A DNA stretch of 64,000 bases from positions 10,797-74,796 of the forward strand of contig JASKOM010000010.1 in the NCBI GenBank assembly GCA_030152305.1. The letters are read 5' to 3'. The position numbers and the translations under genes are program-made. The stretch comes from Campylobacterota bacterium (GTDB lineage: Bacteria; Campylobacterota; Campylobacteria; Campylobacterales; Thiovulaceae). Shown here piece after piece: positions 56,723 to 64,000 of this stretch. The notes under the pieces are model-generated. The model was not told the DNA's origin, did not search any database, and saw only the letters and a list, made by a program, of their open reading frames with translations. Position 1 is the stretch's first letter. Each line of letters starts with the position of its first letter.

Positions 56723-58828
56723 ATGTTCGCTAAAAAATATCTTGATTTTTTACTATCATTCAGAACAATATATTTATTTATTATTGTTGTTTCAACTTTA
56801 TTTTTTGTTGTAAATATAGACAGCAAACAACTTTCTAACGATGAACGAGCTTGGCTTATTGGCACAAGTCAATATAACAAACTAATTCAAAAAGGAGCAA
56901 CATCTCAAGACGGTTCAAAAGTTGAGATTTTTCTTAAAGATGGCAAAATTAATACAGCCAATATAAATGAACTCCGAACAATATTTAATTTTTTAATTAC
57001 TAAAACTTCTCAAGAGTCTGTATCCTCTTTTTTTAATCATAAATTTGCCACTCTTCAAACTGATGGCGAAAGTAGTTTTATTGAACTTGCTTCACTGGAA
57101 AAATTATCAGATGATCTTATTTTTGATAAATTACATTCTCATTTAAATGACTTTTCTCAATTTTTTGGTAGTGATGGATCTATTATTTTTTATGTTTATG
57201 GTTTTAATATTAATAATTTAGAATTAAATACAACTCTTGATTATAAAATTTCTCAATTTGTGCCGTATTCAACACCTTTTGATGAAAGCATATTTTTATT
57301 GGGAACTTTAATTGTTTTAACGATTTTATTATCGATTTTTTTTAGAAATTTATCAGCTCCGTTAATTGGTATTTCTTTTATTATTGCTACCTCATCAGCA
57401 ACGATATATATATTCAAAGAAATAATCGGAGACTATACTGCTCATATTTCGATATTAATTTTATCGTTTGTAATTTCTTTTTTAGATTTTTTATATGTGT
57501 ATTATAGATGGTTCATTCTTCAACAAAAACGAGATTCACAAAATTCGATAATAAGAACAATTGAACGAACTTTTGCTCCTGTAACTGTAACAAAAATAAT
57601 TAATATTATTGGCATAGGTTCGTTGATATTCGTTGAAACAGATATTTTAAAATCTCTTGGAGCAATGGTAATTATTTCATCAATAACAGGCATGTTTTAT
57701 ACATATACATATTTGCCTTTAGTTTTTTCATATTTAAATATCACAAATCCACATACTAAATCAGAACATATGTTTTCATTGTTCTCTGAACAGATTAAAA
57801 ATTATAATAAACATTTTTTATATGTTTTTATTTATGTTACAGCTTCTATGATGATTTTTGGATTATATTATTTTAATAATTCACATGAAAATAAAAATAT
57901 TGATAATTCTAGAGTTATTAAACTTGCAATTGATGTTAATCAAACCGAAATTTCCATCGAATTATTAGAAAAATTACAACAATTTTCTCAAATTATTAAT
58001 TATGATCAACAAAATAATAATATCGATGAGGTAGAAAAAATTGTTTCGATATATACAGAAATAAATAGCTTATATAAACAAGAACAAAATAAAGAATTAA
58101 ATTTATCATCGTCAGATTTTGATCTTGACAGATATATTTTTATGCTCGATATGTTTGGTGGAACAGAAAGTTATTTTGATAAAAATCAAACCAGAATAGA
58201 TATTTATCTAAAAGAAAGTTCAAGCAAAAATAAAATTTTAAATAATTTAGAAAAAAGTAAAATGGAGTTTTCGATTATTGACACTGATTCGTTATTGCAA
58301 ACAGCAATAAATGAATCGTTTATGATTCTTGCATCGTTGTTAATTTTTATATTATTTATTATTTTTATTGCAATTTTGCTTTTAACAAAAAGTTATCTTT
58401 ATGGATTAATTGGTCTTTTTTTAACGATCGTTCCGTTAATTTGGTTTTTGTCAATCGTTGCAATATTAAATATAAATTTGTCAACTGATATGTTTATAGC
58501 AATGATTATTGCAGTAGCTATATCAAGTGATTCGATGATACATTTATTGCATTATTATAATAAATTAGAACAAGAAAATAGATTTGCCGACAACGGTATT
58601 AACCGAATATTTTTATATGTCGAATCGCCTTTGATATTTGGAAATATTATTCTTGCTGTTACATTTTTAATGTTAGCCTTTTTTGGAATAGCATCACTTG
58701 TAACAATTGGAATTTATTCAACAATGATTGTTTTATTTTCATTAATGACAGATATTTTTATTTTACCAGTTGTTATTTTAGAAACTAGAGCAAAATGGAG
58801 AGAACAAATTGTTATCAACAGCAATTAA
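56723..58828 (+). CDS. RND-superfamily / MMPL-like membrane exporter
   Basis: 701 aa with two blocks of about 5-6 TM helices separated by a large soluble loop, as in MMPL/HpnN-type transporters. Confidence 0.55.
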   Translation: MFAKKYLDFLLSFRTIYLFIIVVSTLFFVVNIDSKQLSNDERAWLIGTSQYNKLIQKGATSQDGSKVEIFLKDGKINTANINELRTIFNFLITKTSQESVSSFFNHKFATLQTDGESSFIELASLEKLSDDLIFDKLHSHLNDFSQFFGSDGSIIFYVYGFNINNLELNTTLDYKISQFVPYSTPFDESIFLLGTLIVLTILLSIFFRNLSAPLIGISFIIATSSATIYIFKEIIGDYTAHISILILSFVISFLDFLYVYYRWFILQQKRDSQNSIIRTIERTFAPVTVTKIINIIGIGSLIFVETDILKSLGAMVIISSITGMFYTYTYLPLVFSYLNITNPHTKSEHMFSLFSEQIKNYNKHFLYVFIYVTASMMIFGLYYFNNSHENKNIDNSRVIKLAIDVNQTEISIELLEKLQQFSQIINYDQQNNNIDEVEKIVSIYTEINSLYKQEQNKELNLSSSDFDLDRYIFMLDMFGGTESYFDKNQTRIDIYLKESSSKNKILNNLEKSKMEFSIIDTDSLLQTAINESFMILASLLIFILFIIFIAILLLTKSYLYGLIGLFLTIVPLIWFLSIVAILNINLSTDMFIAMIIAVAISSDSMIHLLHYYNKLEQENRFADNGINRIFLYVESPLIFGNIILAVTFLMLAFFGIASLVTIGIYSTMIVLFSLMTDIFILPVVILETRAKWREQIVINSN

Positions 58829-59060
58829 TTTATACGAAAATGGAAACTATTCGGATGCTTTTCCGATTTTTTATAAGTTAGCACTTCAACGAAACAGTGA
58901 AGCTCAATTATATTTAGGGATTTTATATGAATCTGGAGATGGAATTGAAAAAAATATCGAAGAAGCTAAAAATTGGTATCGAAAAGCATACCGTCAAAAA
59001 AACTTAGATGCGGGATTCCGACTTCAATCGCTTGAAGCAGGAACAAATTGTAGATGTTAA
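58809..59060 (+). CDS. Sel1-repeat (SLR) protein
   Basis: AQLYLGILYESGDGIEKNIEEAKNWYRKA is a canonical Sel1 repeat. The TTG start overlaps the upstream gene by 20 nt. Confidence 0.65.
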   Translation: MLSTAINLYENGNYSDAFPIFYKLALQRNSEAQLYLGILYESGDGIEKNIEEAKNWYRKAYRQKNLDAGFRLQSLEAGTNCRC

Positions 59061-59068
59061 ATTATTAA

Positions 59069-59866
59069 TTAATCAACTATTTTTTTATAAACACCTCGAA
59101 CGGCACCACCAACCGCAACGGCTGGAGCAGTTCCGAGTGTGTAACCTTGAGCGATTTTTTCGCCAACGAAACCAAGAGTTTTTGTTGTGATGTCATTAAC
59201 AATATTATCACCAAAAACACCATCAACAACTGTTTCAACTCGATTTCGACCTTTAACTCCAGCAACTTCAAGATGTTCTTCAAGTCGTTTTAACATATTT
59301 TGAACAAAATCTGAGCTTTTATTAAATTGACTTGAAATTACTTCCATATTTTCTACTTTAGCAAGTTCTTCATCAAGACTTTTTGTAACTGCTTCTCTAA
59401 ATTTTTGTTTTGCATCATTTAAAGCACCTTTTTTTTCAGCAACTATTTCTGATGTCATTACTTCTTTTACTTCTTCTTGTTTTACTTCAGTATTTTCTAC
59501 TTGAACAGTTGTTGTTGTTTCTTCTTGTTTTTCAACAATAATTTCTGCCATATTTTTAACCTCTTCTTTAATTTCAACTTTAGTTTCTTCTGATTTTATT
59601 TCAGTTTGAGCTTGTTTTTCTTCGATAACTGTTTCAACTTTTGCTACCTCATCAACAGCAACAGGTTTTAATTCATTATTAATTTCAACAGTTACAGAAT
59701 TCGAAACAGTTGTTTCTGTTGTTATATTTGCAACTTCTATTTTATTTTGAATTTCAATAGTTTCTTCAAATTTATCTTCGCCTATTTCAGCTACAACCAT
59801 ATTTGGCTCCTCTTCTAATTCTAAAGATCTGGCTTCAGTGGATCTTTTCACTTTTTTCTTTGACAT
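59069..59866 (-). CDS. Hypothetical acidic E/V/K/T-rich protein with a Gly/Ala-rich C-terminus
   Basis: 265 aa ORF. No family was recognised. Confidence 0.45.
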   Translation of the reverse strand: MSKKKVKRSTEARSLELEEEPNMVVAEIGEDKFEETIEIQNKIEVANITTETTVSNSVTVEINNELKPVAVDEVAKVETVIEEKQAQTEIKSEETKVEIKEEVKNMAEIIVEKQEETTTTVQVENTEVKQEEVKEVMTSEIVAEKKGALNDAKQKFREAVTKSLDEELAKVENMEVISSQFNKSSDFVQNMLKRLEEHLEVAGVKGRNRVETVVDGVFGDNIVNDITTKTLGFVGEKIAQGYTLGTAPAVAVGGAVRGVYKKIVD

Positions 59867-59926
59867 ACGATATATTTCCTATTTAAAACTCAAATTAACA
59901 TAATAATATATTAATTTATATTAATA

Positions 59927-61570
59927 TCATCTTAGTTTATCGATAAAACTTGAAAGATATATCCAATCTATTATTAATTTTTCAAATTTAATATCATTAC
60001 TATCAATATTTAAAAGCATATTTCCTAATGATTGAGTTATTTCATCAATTGATAAAGACTTTGCGACGGCATTTAATTCGTTTATTAAATTTCGTGTTGC
60101 CAATAGCGAATCATGATTCAAACCATTTTCTATTTTATCTTTTGATTTATCAAATAATTTAATAAAAGTATTAACTAGATCTTGAAATAAAATATCTGGC
60201 ATTGATGAACGATTAATCGACGATATAAAACTTCTAACTTCTTTGGCATCTAATTTAATAATTTCGCCACCACCACCAAGTTTATCATTTAAAAATGATA
60301 TTTTTTTATAAAGATAATTAACATCTTTTAAGACTTCTGAACTTGTTTTATACTGTTTTAATATAATTTTTTCTATTAAATCATATATATCTACTAATCT
60401 TAAATTAAGAGCTAAACCTTTAATTAAAAACACACCATTTTTTACATTTTTTAGTTGATTATTTTCGATGGCTTCATATACAAATTTTTTAATTTGATTT
60501 GCATGATGAATAAAATCGATTAAGAAATCTATTAGATTTGCTCGTGAAATTCTTAATTCTTGAGATACATCATCGAGATTATAATTATCTGAATAAAATG
60601 TTTTACCTGAATGAACACCTTGCACAACGATATTAATATCTTTACCACTAATTAAAGCATCTATTTCTGATTGTTTTAACGGTAATACAGAATCTTCTTG
60701 TTTATTTATTTCATCTGTATTTATATTTATATTCGTGTTTGTGTTTGTGTTTGTGTTTGTGTTTGTTTGTAACGACGATGAGGTATTTTGATTATTAGTT
60801 TGTGAAATATTTAAATTTTCAGTTTCTTGTTCTGTGTAATCAGTATCAAAAGTTTTAAAGAATTCATCTGGAGAAGTTAAAAGTTTATGAGATCGTTCGT
60901 TATCAACATTAGTATTAATATTTTTTGATTTATCATTTTTGTCTGATTCTGAATAGTCAAAATCATAATTACTGTCATCATAATCATCTTGATATTTCAA
61001 ACTAGAAACATCTGGTTTTTCAACTTGAGAATCTTTTTTTATATTAATATTATTCGGTTCATCTTCCTGTTTAATGTCATTAGAATCTTTAAATTTAAAA
61101 GTTTGCGATTCAGCAGAGTCAAAAAACATTGCAGATTCTGTTTTATAATCAACACTAAATTCATCTTCATTATTCGAATAAAAACTTTTATTATTATTTT
61201 GAGAAGAAACATGTTGAGGAACTTCTAATTCGATCGTATCACTTTCATAATCAGTTATCGAAGTTATATTTATTAAAAAACCTTTATTAGGATCATTTAA
61301 AAAAAACATATTATCAATTGACATTGAAATTTTATAAAAATTATTATCTCCGCCTTTGATAATAGCTTTAGCTTTTTCGCCTTCTTGAAGAATATAATCT
61401 ATCCATAAAATATGTTTAAAGTTGCTAACAAAACCTTTTTTTTCTATAAATAAATTTGCAAAATCACCAGAAATACGATATTTCATAGCATTAAACGATG
61501 GAAAATTCAATTTTTTAACATACGATTCACTGATTCCAATAAATTCATAATTACTGTTATAAACAATCAC
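59927..61570 (-). CDS. Hypothetical cytoplasmic protein: PAS-like N-terminus, D/N/S-rich linker with (TN)n, HPt-like helical C-terminus
   Basis: 547 aa. The N-terminus is YEFIGISESYVKKLNF...FANLFIEKKGFVSNFKHILWIDYI. The C-terminal FLIKGLALNLRLVDI resembles the HKLKGxxxNLG region of HPt domains but without the His. Confidence 0.45.
   Translation of the reverse strand: MIVYNSNYEFIGISESYVKKLNFPSFNAMKYRISGDFANLFIEKKGFVSNFKHILWIDYILQEGEKAKAIIKGGDNNFYKISMSIDNMFFLNDPNKGFLINITSITDYESDTIELEVPQHVSSQNNNKSFYSNNEDEFSVDYKTESAMFFDSAESQTFKFKDSNDIKQEDEPNNINIKKDSQVEKPDVSSLKYQDDYDDSNYDFDYSESDKNDKSKNINTNVDNERSHKLLTSPDEFFKTFDTDYTEQETENLNISQTNNQNTSSSLQTNTNTNTNTNTNININTDEINKQEDSVLPLKQSEIDALISGKDINIVVQGVHSGKTFYSDNYNLDDVSQELRISRANLIDFLIDFIHHANQIKKFVYEAIENNQLKNVKNGVFLIKGLALNLRLVDIYDLIEKIILKQYKTSSEVLKDVNYLYKKISFLNDKLGGGGEIIKLDAKEVRSFISSINRSSMPDILFQDLVNTFIKLFDKSKDKIENGLNHDSLLATRNLINELNAVAKSLSIDEITQSLGNMLLNIDSNDIKFEKLIIDWIYLSSFIDKLR
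60735..60764 (-). repeat. (GTGTTT)5 hexanucleotide microsatellite, in frame, encoding (TN)n
   Basis: Five perfect units counted. It translates to TNTNTNTNTN within the 59927-61570 ORF. Confidence 0.9.
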
Positions 61571-61602
61571 TTAATTATATTTATCCATTAAATTATAATA
61601 TT

Positions 61603-62154
61603 TTATTGAATAACGAAATCTGTAAAAAACACATTTACGATTTTGCCATCTTTTAAATTTTTATTAATTTCAGCGACGATTTGATCTTTTAATTTATCTT
61701 TACCTTTTTCTGTTGAAATTTCTTCAAGATTTTTCGAGCTAGAAATTCTAATAATAATATCTCGAATAACAGGTATTTTTGTGTTAAGTTCAACTAAAAG
61801 TTCTTCAGTTTCTAATTCAAGATTAACTTCAAGTTTTAAATATCTTCTGCCATTTTCACTTAAAAGATTAACGATAAATTTATTTAAAGCGAACATTGGT
61901 CCAACTTTCAAACTAACTTTTCGTCGAGATGCTTTTATGTCGTTGCCTTCAACTGGTTGAGACATTGCTTGAATTTGTTGTTGTTCTGGTTGTTCTTCAC
62001 TTCCACCAGATAAAACAAAAGCTACTAAGCCACCAACAACTAATAATAATACTAAAAAAGCACCTACAATAATAATTATTAAATTGTTCTTTTTTTGTCC
62101 TTCTTCAGGATTTGCAGGTTTTTCTTCAACAGCGGGTTGTTTTTTATCAGCCAT
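61603..62154 (-). CDS. fliL: Flagellar basal-body-associated protein FliL
   Basis: Single TM helix. FIVNLLSENGRRYLKLEVNLE...IPVIRDIII...GKDKLKDQIVAEIN...VFFTDFVIQ. Confidence 0.8.
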   Translation of the reverse strand: MADKKQPAVEEKPANPEEGQKKNNLIIIIVGAFLVLLLVVGGLVAFVLSGGSEEQPEQQQIQAMSQPVEGNDIKASRRKVSLKVGPMFALNKFIVNLLSENGRRYLKLEVNLELETEELLVELNTKIPVIRDIIIRISSSKNLEEISTEKGKDKLKDQIVAEINKNLKDGKIVNVFFTDFVIQ

Positions 62155-62173
62155 TTTTTAACACACCTTATAT

Positions 62174-62737
62174 TTATTTACAATAATCAGCTAAAAGCCC
62201 ATTTTTTAGGGCATCTTTTGTATCTTGTCCAACAAGAATCGAAACTATATCAAGAGCAAAACAAATAGCTGTTCCTGGACCTCTTGAAGTAACAATTTTT
62301 CCATTAATTACAACTTGCGAATCAGAACGATATGCGAAATTGTTAATTTTTTCTTCAACCGATGGATAACAAGTAAAATCTCCATTTAAAATTCCAGCTT
62401 TATAAAGAGCAAACGGTGCAGCACAAATTGCTCCAACGAATTTTTCTTTATAATAAAATTCTTGAATTAATTTTTGAACATGATTATCTGTCGAAAGAAT
62501 ATTTGTTCCACCAAAACCACCTGGTAAAATTATCATGTCAAATAAATGAACATCAATAATAGACTCTAATAATATATCCGCTTTGATATTAATTTGATTT
62601 GCACCAGTAACTGTTAAATTATCAGAATCAACACTTCCAGTAATTACTTCTATACTAGCTCTTCTTAAAACATCAATAATAGCAACAGCTTCTATTTCTT
62701 CAAATCCTTTTGCTAAAGGAATCAAGACTTTAGCCAT
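62174..62737 (-). CDS. DJ-1/PfpI-family protein (YajL/ThiJ-like)
   Basis: LPGGFGG and the nucleophile elbow GAICAAP. Confidence 0.85.
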   Translation of the reverse strand: MAKVLIPLAKGFEEIEAVAIIDVLRRASIEVITGSVDSDNLTVTGANQINIKADILLESIIDVHLFDMIILPGGFGGTNILSTDNHVQKLIQEFYYKEKFVGAICAAPFALYKAGILNGDFTCYPSVEEKINNFAYRSDSQVVINGKIVTSRGPGTAICFALDIVSILVGQDTKDALKNGLLADYCK

Positions 62738-62909
62738 GTAAAAAGCACTCCTTATTTTTTATATTTCATATAATCATACCAAAAGTTTAAACACTCACGA
62801 TACTGAAATTGATAACATTATTTATATTATTATTTTTTTGTTTATTAAAATAAATACCAAGAAGACAAAAAGGATGAGAATTATTTTAAAACCTCATCCA
62901 ATTCAAGTA

Positions 62910-63740
62910 TTAATTTATTTTTATGCGATTAACTAAATAAGAAACTTCGTAATTTTGATTTATTTCGATGATTGCTAAGAAATGTTCATATTTTATATAA
63001 TAACGACCAATATCTTGAATTTCAAGATTTGATAATCGAATTGCACTACCGTCAAATAAATATTTCGTATCTCGCAAATATCTATTTTCTCGAAAATCTT
63101 TTTGCAAATATTTAATAGGATCTAATTTTTCTTCGTTATTAAAAACGAAACTGCCTTCGCGAATTCTTTCTAAATTACTTAATATTCCAACAGTATTTAA
63201 TTTTTCAGCGATTAATTTACCGATGCTTCTAACATAACTTCCTTCTGAAACTGTTATATCAAAAGTCAAAAACGGATGTGAATAATTAATAAAATTAATT
63301 TCAAATATTTCTGATTCGATCTCTTTTAAATTAACATCTTTGCCATCTCTTGCAAGATTATAAGCTCGTTGTCCGTCGATAAATTTTGCTGAATATTTAG
63401 GAGGAATATATTTTATTTTTTTTTCGAATGACTTTAATATTTCTTTTAAATAATTAACATCGAAATTATTAATATTTTTTATATTAACTTCAGTATCGAT
63501 ATCGAGACTATCACTATCTGCACCGAGCCAAAGAGTAGCTTGATAAACTTTTTTATCTTTTTCAAAAAATCGAAATAATTTCGAAATATCTCCAAGTGCA
63601 ATAATTAAAACACCTTTTGCAAATGGATCAAGTGTTCCTGAAAAACCGCCTGTTTTCGTTCTGTATCGCTGACGAATCGAATGTAAAAATTTATTCGAAG
63701 TCATAAACCGTGGTTTTTTGCCAACGAATAAAATATTCAC
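62910..63740 (-). CDS. truB: tRNA pseudouridine-55 synthase
   Basis: GGFSGTLDPFAKGVLIIALG catalytic Asp motif. The GTG start overlaps the upstream stop (GTGA). Confidence 0.9.
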   Translation of the reverse strand: MNILFVGKKPRFMTSNKFLHSIRQRYRTKTGGFSGTLDPFAKGVLIIALGDISKLFRFFEKDKKVYQATLWLGADSDSLDIDTEVNIKNINNFDVNYLKEILKSFEKKIKYIPPKYSAKFIDGQRAYNLARDGKDVNLKEIESEIFEINFINYSHPFLTFDITVSEGSYVRSIGKLIAEKLNTVGILSNLERIREGSFVFNNEEKLDPIKYLQKDFRENRYLRDTKYLFDGSAIRLSNLEIQDIGRYYIKYEHFLAIIEINQNYEVSYLVNRIKIN

Positions 63741-64000
63741 AAATTTAAAACCTCAAGATCTATTTTTGCCTGTTCTAAAAAAATATCATTTTCTGAAATA
63801 ATTTTTACCTCATATAAACTTAATTCTTTAATTTTAATTGGAAGATTTTCTAGATTTTTGTCAGAGCAATTTATAAATTTGCTGTAACCAGAAATCGAAA
63901 ACTTACGATTTTCATTTGCCCAAACGACATCAACATGTTTAAATTCTAGAGAAATTTCTCTTAATAATTCGATATCTTTTTCGATAATAGAAACTTTTGA
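63737..64000 (-). CDS. 3' end of an unidentified gene (5' part outside the window)
   Basis: Manual translation is open to the window edge: ...EKDIELLREISLEFKHVDVVWANENRKFSISGY...EQAKIDLEVLNL*. It is translationally coupled to truB. Confidence 0.4.
   Translation of the reverse strand, partial: SKVSIIEKDIELLREISLEFKHVDVVWANENRKFSISGYSKFINCSDKNLENLPIKIKELSLYEVKIISENDIFLEQAKIDLEVLNL

Noticed and set aside
1181-62898. Interpreting GATGAGGT as a Chi or KOPS-like polar motif, or as a by-product of a favoured Asp-Glu-Val tripeptide
   Set aside because: The orientation is 20 versus 19 and interleaved along the window, so there is no polarity. The motif occurs in five different reading-frame/strand contexts and in intergenic DNA, and it uses otherwise rare codons. 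Peptide preference alone cannot explain that.
1-64000. Arg codon heterogeneity (CGA-rich in proS, typA, lysC; AGA-rich in the RAMP-like, KilA-N-like and LPP20 genes) as a marker of horizontal transfer
   Set aside because: The highly conserved lpp20 gene is also AGA-rich, so the split does not follow core versus accessory cleanly. My counts are small and made by eye. It needs a genome-wide codon analysis before interpretation.

Overview
Very AT-rich (about 70% A+T by eye) bacterial chromosomal segment. Gene content points to a member of the Campylobacterota (epsilonproteobacteria). The clues are an LPP20 lipoprotein operon, a poly-E/acidic repeat protein directly upstream of gmk, fliL, ttcA, TGnTAnAAT extended -10 promoters and a poly-G contingency tract. 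About 50 protein-coding genes are supported. Housekeeping genes are proS, gatC, ccdA, moaC, dut, greA, gmk, glmU, adk, typA, rppH, lysC, msbA-like, ttcA, fliL and truB. They are interspersed with many large secreted or surface proteins: an LRR lipoprotein, a PhoX-fusion phosphatase, a caspase-DUF1566 lipoprotein, a beta-propeller protein, and two Asn-rich giants of 518 and 1465 aa. I found no rRNA, tRNA or CRISPR array. Five observations stand out. (1) The 8/9-mer YGATGAGGT occurs 39 times on both strands, in several reading frames and as inverted pairs in terminators, which is the signature of a DNA uptake sequence. (2) An orphan Csm5-like RAMP protein with a disordered S/T/N/Q-rich N-terminus has no cas genes or CRISPR array nearby. 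(3) Two adjacent giant surface proteins are saturated with the Campylobacter-type N-glycosylation sequon D/E-X-N-X-S/T. (4) A G12 tract separates the lipoprotein signal peptide from the body of an LRR protein, which is out of frame as sequenced. (5) A 1.7 kb poorly coding island (17.5-19.2 kb) holds GC-rich hairpins, short direct repeats and a lone KilA-N-like gene. All calls come from reading the sequence and ORF translations. No database search was run.
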